Shown here piece by piece: positions 27,846 to 37,807 of a DNA stretch of 64,000 nt. Made by a program: the position numbers and the translations under genes. The stretch spans positions 1 through 64,000 of the forward strand of contig JAZDJN010000048.1 of the NCBI GenBank assembly GCA_043803945.1, written 5' to 3'. The DNA comes from a bacterium (GTDB lineage: Bacteria > Bacteroidota > Ignavibacteria > UBA10030). Under the pieces are notes generated by a model, which saw only the letters and a list, made by a program, of their open reading frames with translations, made no database searches and was not told where the DNA came from. Each line of letters starts with the position of its first letter. Position 1 is the first letter of the stretch.

Positions 27846-29203
27846 TGACCTACGATGCCATCATTATCGGTGGCGGTCTCGCCGGTTTAAGCGCGGCTGT
27901 TGATCTTTCTGCGAAAGGATGTTCTGTTCTCCTCCTGGAGCAGGCGCCGCATCTTGGTGGTCGTGTATACTCCTTTATCGATTCCACAACTGGAGATCGC
28001 GTCGATAACGGCCAGCACTTGTTGATGGGGTGTTATCACGCGACACGCCGATTTCTCCATGAAATCGGTTCGGCACATCTTGCTGTTCTACAACCGCAGC
28101 TTCGCATCGACTACCTCGGTCCCGATGAAGAAACGGCACTATTAAAGTGCACAGCGCTTCCTTCACCGTTCAATCTCTTATCGGGGTTATTGCGGCTTCA
28201 ATCGCTGAGCATACGGGAGAGAGGAAACTTGCTCAGGGTTGGTATCGCTCTGCAAAAGCCGCCAGACATCGTTGAACCCTTATTGAGGGAAATGACGGTT
28301 GAAGAGTGGCTCATGCAGCTTGGGCAATCGGAACTTGCACGATCGCGATTCTGGAATATCGTTGCGATCGGTGCATTGAACAACGATCCAGCGACGGCAT
28401 CGGCGCTCCTGTTTTATCGGGTGCTACGAGCGGTCTTCTCGGGAGACTCAAGCAATGCCTCACTCATGATTCCTGCGGTTGGACTGAGCGAACTCTTTTC
28501 AACTCCAGCACTTCATACGCTTCGTAACCATAATGCACAAGTGTTGATGGGAACACGAGTATCTCAGTTTCGTACTGAAGGCAGAAAAATAGTTGGAGTA
28601 CAGTGTGCAGATGGCAGTGTGTTCCGGGCAAGAACTGTGATTGCTGCAATACCTCCGGCATCGTTGCAGAAACTTCTCCAGACAAGCGGACTCGCCTCAT
28701 TGCCGCTCTTCAATACTCTACAATCATTTCAAGCCTCTTCCATTCTGGGGATCAATCTCTGGTTCGACCGAGAGGTGATGCAGCAGGAATTTGTCGCGCT
28801 CCTCGAATCCCCAATCCATTGGATCTTCAATAAAACAAGAATCAGTCGCCATGGGTCACTAGTTCCGCAACATCTTGCTCTTGTTATCAGTGCTGCGGAT
28901 GAATATATGGGAATGGAGAAACAACAGATCCTTTCTTTGGTGACCGATGAGCTCAAGCGGTATCTGCCACTCTCGCGGGGGGCGAACCTGGTTCAATCCA
29001 TTGTAATCAAAGCAAAGCGTGCGACATTTTTGCAAACTCCCGCAGTGGAATCGTTGCGCCCTCAGGCGGCAACCCCAATCAGCAACTTGTTCCTGGCAGG
29101 CGACTGGATGGATACCGGATATCCGGCGACAATTGAAGGTGCTGTGCTCAGCGGAGTTACAGCGGCACAGTTGGTGATTAAATCCGTACCTGTGGTTAAC
29201 TAG
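27845..29203 (+). CDS. hpnE: Hydroxysqualene dehydroxylase HpnE
   Basis: GGGLAGL FAD motif, DNGQHLLMGCY, LAGDW..TGYPATIEGAVLSG; follows hpnCD. Confidence 0.9.
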   Translation: MTYDAIIIGGGLAGLSAAVDLSAKGCSVLLLEQAPHLGGRVYSFIDSTTGDRVDNGQHLLMGCYHATRRFLHEIGSAHLAVLQPQLRIDYLGPDEETALLKCTALPSPFNLLSGLLRLQSLSIRERGNLLRVGIALQKPPDIVEPLLREMTVEEWLMQLGQSELARSRFWNIVAIGALNNDPATASALLFYRVLRAVFSGDSSNASLMIPAVGLSELFSTPALHTLRNHNAQVLMGTRVSQFRTEGRKIVGVQCADGSVFRARTVIAAIPPASLQKLLQTSGLASLPLFNTLQSFQASSILGINLWFDREVMQQEFVALLESPIHWIFNKTRISRHGSLVPQHLALVISAADEYMGMEKQQILSLVTDELKRYLPLSRGANLVQSIVIKAKRATFLQTPAVESLRPQAATPISNLFLAGDWMDTGYPATIEGAVLSGVTAAQLVIKSVPVVN

Positions 29204-29299
29204 CATTGACCGCATCATTCACAGAGTTGGGTATAATAACTTTTTAAAGATTACTCCCCGACTATCAGTTGATTGGTCAATTCTGTAAATTAGGTCTGG

Positions 29300-30883
29300 A
29301 TGAAGAGGATTGATGAAATAGTGCCATTGAACGATGAACTCCCAAGCTCATTTGCGGATAGGCTTGGCGTTCTCTACTCTTCCCATGTCACAGAAATGCA
29401 CAAGAAGAAGCACGGTCAGTTTTTTACTCCTGTTGATATTGCACATTTTATGGCAGGTCTGTCTGATTGTCAAAAATCTATCGTGAGAATCCTGGACCCA
29501 GGCGCTGGTACTGCTGTCCTGTGTTGCTCGTTAGTCGAGAGGCTAGCGAAAGAGAATCGCAACTTGTCTCACGTTGAAGTTATCGCCTATGAAACAGACG
29601 AGAACCTTGTTTCACTAGCCCAGCAATCACTATCCTATTTGAAGAGTTGGGCTGCACTTCAAAAGATTCAACTTTCCTTCATTCTCCTGGTATCTGATTT
29701 CGTCCTAGCCAACTCGGACACACTAGAAAACCAGGATCGGCAACAAGAATATTTCGATATAATAATTTCCAATCCGCCTTACTTCAAGCTGCCAAAGTCT
29801 GATGGCAGAGTGAGAGCAGCATACTCCATTGTTCATGGGCAACCAAACATCTATTCAATTTTCCTTTTCACGGCTGCCACACTCTTGGACCAGAACGGAC
29901 AACTTGTTTTCATTACTCCCCGCAGTTTTGCATCCGGATCATATTTCAGACTTTTCCGGGACAGGTTCTTCTCACTGGTTCAACTTAATGCAGTCCATCT
30001 TTTTGATTCACGGAAAGAAGCGTTCCAAAGGGATGAAGTTCTCCAAGAGAATATAATCATTTCGGCACATCGTAAAATGTCTCACGGTGACCGTACGAAG
30101 CTTAGAGTGTCGTTCTCACACGGGTTCAAAGATTTGCAGCAGCGACAAACGAGAGAATTCTATCTTGACGAGTTGCTTGACGCAAATTCATACCAGAAGA
30201 TACTGCATTTGCCAGCCTCCGACCTCCAAACAAAGGTTATCCGTCTTTTCAAGTCCTGGCAAGGCAGTCTGAATGATTACAACATTCAGATTTCCACCGG
30301 TCCAGTCGTTTCATTCCGAGCCAAGAGATTCATTCATTTTCATCCCAAAGATAGACTTTCGTTGGCTCCCCTTTTTTGGATGCACAATACTTCGAAGATG
30401 CAGTTGAGATGGCCGCTAAACAAGACTGGCAAAGGAGAGTATATCCAAGTTTGTGAAGAATCCCTTTCTCTTCTTATATTTAACAAGAACTACATTTTTC
30501 TTCGGCGCTTTAGTTCTAAGGACGATGCAAGTAGGCTCATTGCAACTCCCTATTTTGCTGATACTGTTGAGGCTGACCTGATCGGCGTGGAGAACCATCT
30601 GAATTACATTTACCGACCAAAGGGGCATTTAGAACGAAACGAAATTCTCGGTCTCGCTGCCCTGCTGAACAGCAATCTTTTTGACACCTATTTTAGAACA
30701 TTCAACGGCAACGTTAACGTGAGTGCAACAGAATTGCGACAGATGCCTCTACCGCCACTTGAGACTATCAAGCAAATTGGCAACGCCATCATTCTTCAGA
30801 ACGATTTTTCACAATCAAATGTTGATGACATTATCGAACAGTTCTTTGAACTAGAAAAGGAACTCTCTCCTGCATATGAGTAA
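29300..30883 (+). CDS. Type II N6-adenine DNA methyltransferase (BsuBI/PstI-like)
   Basis: GQFFTP, LDPGAGTA, NPPY, GVENHLNY, FRTFNGNVNVSATEL. Confidence 0.9.
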   Translation: MKRIDEIVPLNDELPSSFADRLGVLYSSHVTEMHKKKHGQFFTPVDIAHFMAGLSDCQKSIVRILDPGAGTAVLCCSLVERLAKENRNLSHVEVIAYETDENLVSLAQQSLSYLKSWAALQKIQLSFILLVSDFVLANSDTLENQDRQQEYFDIIISNPPYFKLPKSDGRVRAAYSIVHGQPNIYSIFLFTAATLLDQNGQLVFITPRSFASGSYFRLFRDRFFSLVQLNAVHLFDSRKEAFQRDEVLQENIIISAHRKMSHGDRTKLRVSFSHGFKDLQQRQTREFYLDELLDANSYQKILHLPASDLQTKVIRLFKSWQGSLNDYNIQISTGPVVSFRAKRFIHFHPKDRLSLAPLFWMHNTSKMQLRWPLNKTGKGEYIQVCEESLSLLIFNKNYIFLRRFSSKDDASRLIATPYFADTVEADLIGVENHLNYIYRPKGHLERNEILGLAALLNSNLFDTYFRTFNGNVNVSATELRQMPLPPLETIKQIGNAIILQNDFSQSNVDDIIEQFFELEKELSPAYE

Positions 30884-31823
30884 AATCAAGGAAGCTCAAA
30901 CAATCCTGAAAGAATTTGGCTTGCCTGCAGCGCAGCAGAATGATATCTCCGCTTTGACTCTACTTGCACTGTGTGGTGTCACAGAGGCCAATACTTGGAA
31001 GGATGCCCAGAGGTCTAGTCTTACGGCTACCAAAGGAATAATGGCGTTTATGGCCAAGCGGTACAAACGGCGATATGCCCCTAATACCCGAGAGACTGTC
31101 AGACGACAGGTTCTTCATCAATTTGTCCAAGCGAGGCTCGCTGACTACAATCCGGACAACCCTCAACTGCCAGTTAATAGTCCAAACGCGCATTATGCTG
31201 TATCTAAGCCAGCGTTGGAAGTCATCAAAACTTTCGGAACGAAGAAATGGCAGTCGGCAGTGACAACATTCAAAGCGGAGGTTGGCGAACTCAAGAAGCG
31301 GTATGTTAAAGACAGAGACCTCACGTTGATTCCTTTGAAACTATCGGATGGCAGGATTATCCGCCTCTCAGCAGGGAGACACAATCAAGTCCAGGCAGCC
31401 GTCGTCAATGAGTTCGCATCTCGTTTCGCAAAGGGTTCGATACTTCTCTATCTTGGAGATGCAGCAAAGAAAGACCTCCATTTGGATTCCAAGATGCTGA
31501 AGAAGCTGGGCATTCCGATCGATCAACACAATAAACTTCCAGACGTTGTCATTTATGAGCCTAACAAGAATTGGCTATACCTTATCGAAGCTGTAACGTC
31601 CCACGGCCCAATTACTCCAAAGCGCATTCTTGAACTCGAAGAGTTCCTAAAGAATTGTTTAGCTGGAAGGGTGTACGTCTCGGCTTTCCCTGACTTTGCA
31701 GAATTCAAGAGACATACTTCTGACTTGGCTTGGGAAACAGAGGTTTGGATTATGGAACATCCGGATCATATGATTCACTTCAACGGCGACAAGTTCATCG
31801 GGCCAAGATCGTCCAAGGTATAG
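30876..31823 (+). CDS. BsuBI/PstI-family type II restriction endonuclease
   Basis: YAPNTRETVRRQVLHQFVQA, KLPDVV..IEAVTSHGP, LAWETEVW..PDHMIHFNGDKF. Confidence 0.92.
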   Translation: MSKIKEAQTILKEFGLPAAQQNDISALTLLALCGVTEANTWKDAQRSSLTATKGIMAFMAKRYKRRYAPNTRETVRRQVLHQFVQARLADYNPDNPQLPVNSPNAHYAVSKPALEVIKTFGTKKWQSAVTTFKAEVGELKKRYVKDRDLTLIPLKLSDGRIIRLSAGRHNQVQAAVVNEFASRFAKGSILLYLGDAAKKDLHLDSKMLKKLGIPIDQHNKLPDVVIYEPNKNWLYLIEAVTSHGPITPKRILELEEFLKNCLAGRVYVSAFPDFAEFKRHTSDLAWETEVWIMEHPDHMIHFNGDKFIGPRSSKV

Positions 31824-32070
31824 CTTCGATAAGTTACTGGGCATAACACGATCGACAAAGATACCCCCGTTGTTGATAGAGAATAGTGGTGGTCGCTCAG
31901 GTTTTTTGCTCGCGAGAAAATGAATCCTTCATAGCTCTTACCCCTGCGTTGATGGGCGAACCATTGCATCCGTCCGTTCACTTTAATACATTTGCTCCCA
32001 CAGTGCCTCGATCCCTGAGACGATTCTCTGTTGAACCATTCATCTCAGACAACAGAAAGGATGGTGCGTC

Positions 32071-32364
32071 ATGAAAGCCGGCCTCTTTTTTACAGGCTCA
32101 GGACCTATTCTCATTCTCACCTCATACGATTCCCTGATCAATCCAAATCTTGTGAAGAAACTGCATGGGAAAGGAATAAAGAAATACCTTGCATTTGAGG
32201 TCCCAGAGGAAGTTGTGAAACAGCAATATGGGACACATTACGATTTGACTCTGAGCGATCTGAAGCAGGAAGATGATTTGCGGGTGCTCGATTACGACGG
32301 GCATCATATCTTCAATCATTTTTCCTTGAAACAACTTCAGAATCCTCTTGTGTTTGAACCATAG
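32071..32364 (+). CDS. Small hypothetical protein
   Basis: AAGGA RBS, 97 aa, followed by an inverted repeat. Confidence 0.75.
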   Translation: MKAGLFFTGSGPILILTSYDSLINPNLVKKLHGKGIKKYLAFEVPEEVVKQQYGTHYDLTLSDLKQEDDLRVLDYDGHHIFNHFSLKQLQNPLVFEP

Positions 32365-32378
32365 GTCAATGGTTCAGA

Positions 32379-32428
32379 AGAAGTCCGTCTTTTTTCAGAG
32401 ATCAAACCATGGGAAAAGACGGACTTCT
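32379..32428. terminator. 15-bp inverted repeat between convergent genes
   Basis: AGAAGTCCGTCTTTT (32379-32393) / AAAAGACGGACTTCT (32414-32428). Confidence 0.7.
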
Positions 32429-32429
32429 A

Positions 32430-34766
32430 TTACTCAGAGGCGTTGGAGTTTCGTTTGAGGAGTATGATCGTTCGATCATCACTCTGCATGGCTTCACCCG
32501 CAAATGTGTCTACACTGGAAAAGACTGTTTCGACCAGCCCGGCTGGAGAATTGTCAATTGAGCGCTGGATAATCTCCATCAATTGCTTGACCCCAAATTC
32601 CTCCATGCGTTCATTCATCGCTTCGGATATGCCATCTGAGTAAATCAGCAGCGTCGCTCCTGGAGCAAGTGCAATCTCGCCCTGTTCATAGGTGACTTCC
32701 TCCTTCATTCCCAGAGCAATTCCTCTTGTGGTGAGAATTATCGGATTTTGACCCGGTGAAAAGAGAATGGGAAGATTTTGACCGGCGTTCGCATATTGCA
32801 GGAAATGTCGTTGGGTGTCCAGAATGCCGTAAAAGAGAGAAATGAATGTTCGTGCATCGGTGCTTCTGAAGAGAAGAGTATTGGCCCGTTCGAGGCACGG
32901 TTTCGGATCTACCTGAAAGAGCGCTTGTCCGCGAATAGTTGCCTGCAGGTTTGCCATCACCAGCGAGGCGGCGAGTCCGTTGCCGCTGACATCACCAAGG
33001 CCAAGGACGAGCCGGTGATCGTCCAGGTGCATGAAGTCGTAATAATCTCCTCCGACGTTCATCGCGGGTACGCTCTTTCCGGCAATTTCATAACCGGCAA
33101 GCGCGGGGTTGGACTTGGGAAGGAAATTCATCTGAATATTGCGCGCCATTCTCGCTTCTTCGCGCATCTGAATCCGAACCTCTTCGGCTCTTTTGTGCTC
33201 GCTGATATCGCGATAGATGGCGTACACCCCCATCTGTGTTCCTCCATGGAGAATCGGTGCCCCAAGAATCGACACGTCGATGAGTGTACCATCCTTATGT
33301 CTCCGTTTTGAGTCCGCCTCGACTCTCTTTCCATGAACAACCCAGTTGGAATAGAGAGCTGCTTCTTTTTTGAATTCATCCGGTGCCAAAAGCTCGTTGA
33401 TTGGTTTTCCGATCGCTTCCTCGCGTGTGTAGCCGAATAACCTGACAAATTCCTCATTCACATTGATAATGCGGTCGTTCGTATCATGCAGGGCTATTGC
33501 TTCAGGGGCATTATCGAACAGCCGCTCGAAGTACGTCTTCTGAAGGCGAAGTTCCTCCTCGGCCAATTTTCTGGAGCTAATATCCCGGTAGATTGCATAA
33601 TCACCGATTTGTTTTCCATCATGAAGAATCGGTGCACCAAGAATCGAGACGTCGATGAGCGTTCCGTCTTTTCGTTTCCGCTTTGAATCAAGTTCGATCC
33701 GTTCTCCCTGCAGCACCGAGGCGGATATCTGTGACGCTTCATCCTGATACTCCTTTGAAGCGACAATCTCGTTTATCGGTTTGCCAATCACTTCCTCGAG
33801 TGTATATCCAAACATCCGGACAAATTCATCGTTGACGTTGACGATACGGTCTTCATTATCATGGAGAACGATTGCTTCGGGTGCGCTATTAAAGAGTCGC
33901 TCCAAGTACGTCTGCTGAATCCTAAGTTCTTCCTCACCCTTCTTTCGCTGAGAAATATCGCGGTAAATAGCATACACGCCTAATTGCCTGCCGTTATGGA
34001 CAATGGGCGCTCCGAGAATGGAGACCTCAACTAGCGAACCATCCTTTCTCCTTCTCGTCGATTCCGATTCGACTCTTCGGCCGTGAATAACTTCATCGGA
34101 GAGATGTTTAGCATGCCGCAAATACTCCGGCGGAGCAACGAGCGTGTTAATCCGTTTCCCGATGGCTTCCCCGCGTGAGTAGCCGAACATTGCGGTAAAC
34201 TCGGCATTCACATCGATCACCCGATCGTTCGTATCGTGCAGGATGATTGCCTCCGGGGCGCTGTTGAAGAGTTGTTCGAAGTAGGATTTCTGAATGAGCA
34301 GCTCTTCTTCCGCTTTCTTCCGCTTGGTGATGTCTTCGATGATCCCTGTAAAATACTCGATCTTCCCTTTGGTGTTCCTGACGGCAATGGCTGACTCAGA
34401 GATGATGATCGGTTTTTTATTCTTTTTCAGCAGTACCAGTTCCTTGCGTTCGACGAATCCTTCACGGGAAATCTGTTTGCTGAATGAAAGCCGATCTTTC
34501 GGTGAATGATAGAGGTTGGCAATTTTTTTCGAGAAGAGTTCTTTTTTCGAACGGTACCCGAGCATCTTCATCAAGGCCGGATTGAGATCAAGAAATCTTC
34601 CATCGCGTCCGGGTGTGCTCCGGAATATACCCACGGGAATATTCTCTATGAGTATCCGGTACATCGCTTGATACTTACTAAGCGATTGTTGGATTTTTGC
34701 CAGTGAGAGCTCGTGAGTCGGTTGATTCAATTCTTTTTCAGTGAGTTGCTTTTCTTGCTTTTTCAT
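32430..34766 (-). CDS. PAS x4 - PP2C (SpoIIE/RsbU-type) serine phosphatase
   Basis: Four PAS/PAC units; VGGDYYD, GDVSGNG, YSDGISE, DDRT. Confidence 0.93.
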   Translation of the reverse strand: MKKQEKQLTEKELNQPTHELSLAKIQQSLSKYQAMYRILIENIPVGIFRSTPGRDGRFLDLNPALMKMLGYRSKKELFSKKIANLYHSPKDRLSFSKQISREGFVERKELVLLKKNKKPIIISESAIAVRNTKGKIEYFTGIIEDITKRKKAEEELLIQKSYFEQLFNSAPEAIILHDTNDRVIDVNAEFTAMFGYSRGEAIGKRINTLVAPPEYLRHAKHLSDEVIHGRRVESESTRRRKDGSLVEVSILGAPIVHNGRQLGVYAIYRDISQRKKGEEELRIQQTYLERLFNSAPEAIVLHDNEDRIVNVNDEFVRMFGYTLEEVIGKPINEIVASKEYQDEASQISASVLQGERIELDSKRKRKDGTLIDVSILGAPILHDGKQIGDYAIYRDISSRKLAEEELRLQKTYFERLFDNAPEAIALHDTNDRIINVNEEFVRLFGYTREEAIGKPINELLAPDEFKKEAALYSNWVVHGKRVEADSKRRHKDGTLIDVSILGAPILHGGTQMGVYAIYRDISEHKRAEEVRIQMREEARMARNIQMNFLPKSNPALAGYEIAGKSVPAMNVGGDYYDFMHLDDHRLVLGLGDVSGNGLAASLVMANLQATIRGQALFQVDPKPCLERANTLLFRSTDARTFISLFYGILDTQRHFLQYANAGQNLPILFSPGQNPIILTTRGIALGMKEEVTYEQGEIALAPGATLLIYSDGISEAMNERMEEFGVKQLMEIIQRSIDNSPAGLVETVFSSVDTFAGEAMQSDDRTIILLKRNSNASE

Positions 34767-35031
34767 TTTTGTATTTGACGAAGTATCTGTATGTCATGTT
34801 CCACTGCAAGGGCATGCATCTCGTGGGCTGAAAGGCGAAGAGCCTTCCACTGAAAGGGAACATAGCTAATCAGAGTAGAAGAATCAAATTCCTGTTAGCA
34901 GTATACCTGGAAACGCTCTTAAAAAGAGATAGCGCCTCTCCAGTGGCGTTCTGAATCAGGGGAATAAACACAGTGACTCTCGCAGAAGATGTCTGTATAT
35001 TATGCAAGTCCGAGAATGAGTACTGCAACCC

Positions 35032-35820
35032 ATGGCACAGAATTTTTCTCTCTCCAAATGGTATCTTGATTGTATTACCCCTTCAGGTGAGACGTGGATT
35101 GGCTACGCCGCGCAGTTGCACTGGCGAGCATTCTCACTCTCCTATTCATCGATGCTGCATTGCACACCCGCGGGTCACATTGCCGAACGGACGTCGATAC
35201 GGAATATCCAGATGCCTTCATTTGAAAACGATCTGCTCCTCTGGGCACCAAGGATGTTGAAGATCGAAGGATCCTGGCGTTCCGATGCAAAGCCGGTTGA
35301 GCGAGTATTGTACCAGACTGAGGAAGGCGTACTGCGTTGGTCGTGCTTGATGCCAAGAGCAAATTGCATTCTGCGTTTGCCAGACCATCTGATTCGAGGT
35401 TACGGCTATGTTGAACTGCTCCATCTCACAATTCCACCCTGGACGCTCCCGATCGAAACTCTGCGCTGGGGACGATTTCTTTCTGAGACCGATGGACTTG
35501 TGTGGATCGAATGGCAAGGGGCTGAACCGAAGAAGATCCTTCTCTACAATGGAGAAGAGGTACACGATGCCAGCATTGGCGACACTGAAATCACCTATGC
35601 AGACGGCAGGTCGGTTCTCCATCTCCTCGATCCACTCGTTCTACGGAAGGGGAGACTCATTTCCACAGCCCTGAAGAAAATTCCTGGGATCAAATCCATA
35701 GTCCCCGCTAAAATTCTGGAAACCTACGAATGTAAATGGCGAAGCCGTGGAAGACTGCAGCACTTACCGATTACCACTTCGGAGGGATGGGCAATTCATG
35801 AGATCGTGAGGTTCAAATGA
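35032..35820 (+). CDS. Trp-rich hypothetical protein coupled to the Lgt fusion gene
   Basis: 262 aa starting LSKWYLDC; ATGA overlap with the next gene. Confidence 0.75.
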   Translation: MAQNFSLSKWYLDCITPSGETWIGYAAQLHWRAFSLSYSSMLHCTPAGHIAERTSIRNIQMPSFENDLLLWAPRMLKIEGSWRSDAKPVERVLYQTEEGVLRWSCLMPRANCILRLPDHLIRGYGYVELLHLTIPPWTLPIETLRWGRFLSETDGLVWIEWQGAEPKKILLYNGEEVHDASIGDTEITYADGRSVLHLLDPLVLRKGRLISTALKKIPGIKSIVPAKILETYECKWRSRGRLQHLPITTSEGWAIHEIVRFK

Positions 35821-37751
35821 GTGATCGGATTTCGCGTGTGCTAGGGAAAATCGTTTATGGACTATCCTTCATAGTACTCTTACCTCTCTTCCTTGTGCGT
35901 TGGGCTGACCTTACAGAGTCTCTCATCAATCTCCCCGTTCCAGGTTCACCCATCGTGGGAATGGAGATATCGATGTTCGGCGCAGTGGTCATGCTTGCAG
36001 GCTTGATGACGTTAATGGTGTACGGAAATGGCCTTCCCATGAATGCGTATCCGCCAAAGCTCTTTGTGACTCAAGGGATCTATAAATTTCTTGCTCACCC
36101 CATCTATTTCGGCTTTTCGTTGTTATCTCTTGGTGTTTCGATATGGACAGGATCGGCGAGCGGCTTCTGGCTCATCACACCCTGTGTTATTCTCGGATGT
36201 GTAACCTTGGTAGCAGGGTATGAGAAGCATGATTTGCAGGAACGTTTCGGAGTGTCTCTGCAAAAACCGCTGATTGCTCTTCCGGCAGATGAGAACCGGA
36301 AACCGACAATCGCAGAGCGTTGCTCGGTCTATGGAATGATTCTCCTTCCATGGATTCTTCTTGCTGCCGCTCTGGGGCGGACCGGAATTCCCAACGATAC
36401 ACTGTTGACTGATTTTTCTTTTGAGCAACATCTGCCCGTGATACCATTCACAATGGTCATGTCGGGAAGCACACTTCTCGTTGCACTTCTGATACCCCTC
36501 ATAGCACGTTCCGCGCGATCGCTGCGTGAATTTTCCTTTCAAGGGTTAATCACAATTTGTTTCATGATTCTGTCTGTTATTGCAATTCCGCTCGTAAGCG
36601 TTGTACGATTCAATTCGATAGAAACTGTTAGTCGTTTCCAGTTACCATTCGAGTGGTTACCACAGTCGATCATGATTCGGTTCCCCTCTTTCTGTATTAT
36701 CTGGATGCTTCTTGGGGCAGCGTATGTATCACATGAGTTCCCACGATTCCGTGCAATCTCCTGGTTATGGGGTCTTGTCGTTCTCTTGAGTTGTCTGTTC
36801 TCAGGAAGGCACTCGCTGATCAACCTTGTTGGAGGCCTGGTAATCGGATTGGCCATACTCCGAATAAAAACAGCCTGGGCTTTTCTCCGCAAGAGCACCG
36901 AACGAATCGCTAACTCATGGAGAGAGTGGCACTTCGGTAGTGTCCGTATTATTAATCATGGTGTATATGCCGGTGTGGGTGTTGTCCAGGGATTATTGAT
37001 GATTGGACTCTTGCTCGGGCCTGGCGTCATTCTGCCGATGCTGGTGATCACAAGTTCGTCTCTTGTAATGGCGGCACTCTGGGCACAGGTGATTGAAGGA
37101 TCTCCAATCCTTCTGCGCCCCTACGGATTCTACGGAGGAGTGCTCGGTGTCGTTCTTGGCTCGATCGTCGCTCAATTTTTCGGGATGGACATTGTGCTGC
37201 TGCTGGCAGGCTTCAGCGTTGCCGGGCCATGGGTTCAAGCATGGGGGCGCGTCCGATGCCTGGTGCAGGGCTGTTGTCATGGCAGCGAGGCGCCTGCCGC
37301 AGTGGGAATCCGTTATACCCATCCGCGAACGCGTGTGTGCCGGTTATCAGGATTAAGCAATATCCCCATACATCCAACTCCATTGTACTCGATTCTGTGG
37401 AATTGTGTTACGGGAGTAATGCTGATCCGGCTCTGGTCCCTCAGTCTCCCGCCAACATTTATCTGCGGCACCTATCTTCTCCTGAATGGCCTCGGAAGGT
37501 TTGTTGAAGAATCGTACCGGGGCGAACCACAGACTCCGATCTTCGGCAAACTCCGGCTTTATCAATTGATAGCCCTCCTCAGCATCATTGCCGGTGCGGT
37601 TATGACCACAATCCAAACCGAGGTACAACTACCAAGGCCGCAATTTGATTGGATGATTATTCCGGCAGCCCTGGGATTCGGCTTGATTACCTGGTTTGCC
37701 CTTGGAGTTGATTTCCCAAACTCAAATAAACGTTTCTCCCGCCTCGTCTAA
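35817..37751 (+). CDS. Membrane fusion: PEMT/ICMT-like methyltransferase + PAP2-like + Lgt-like domain
   Basis: PP..FVTQGIY..HPIYFG; FPSFC..W and SGRHSLIN; FYGG, GRVRC..GCCHG, HPTPLY, GRFVEE.YRG. Confidence 0.78.
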   Translation: MSDRISRVLGKIVYGLSFIVLLPLFLVRWADLTESLINLPVPGSPIVGMEISMFGAVVMLAGLMTLMVYGNGLPMNAYPPKLFVTQGIYKFLAHPIYFGFSLLSLGVSIWTGSASGFWLITPCVILGCVTLVAGYEKHDLQERFGVSLQKPLIALPADENRKPTIAERCSVYGMILLPWILLAAALGRTGIPNDTLLTDFSFEQHLPVIPFTMVMSGSTLLVALLIPLIARSARSLREFSFQGLITICFMILSVIAIPLVSVVRFNSIETVSRFQLPFEWLPQSIMIRFPSFCIIWMLLGAAYVSHEFPRFRAISWLWGLVVLLSCLFSGRHSLINLVGGLVIGLAILRIKTAWAFLRKSTERIANSWREWHFGSVRIINHGVYAGVGVVQGLLMIGLLLGPGVILPMLVITSSSLVMAALWAQVIEGSPILLRPYGFYGGVLGVVLGSIVAQFFGMDIVLLLAGFSVAGPWVQAWGRVRCLVQGCCHGSEAPAAVGIRYTHPRTRVCRLSGLSNIPIHPTPLYSILWNCVTGVMLIRLWSLSLPPTFICGTYLLLNGLGRFVEESYRGEPQTPIFGKLRLYQLIALLSIIAGAVMTTIQTEVQLPRPQFDWMIIPAALGFGLITWFALGVDFPNSNKRFSRLV

Positions 37752-37807
37752 TTCCAGAGATTCAACGAGTGAAGTTGCTACGCTCCTTATTCTTCTTGGC
37801 GAGCTGG

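Noticed and set aside
29226-31845. RM pair as an integron cassette (GTTGGGT upstream, GCATAAC downstream)
   Set aside because: The sites are not complementary, and no attC hairpin or integron integrase is visible.
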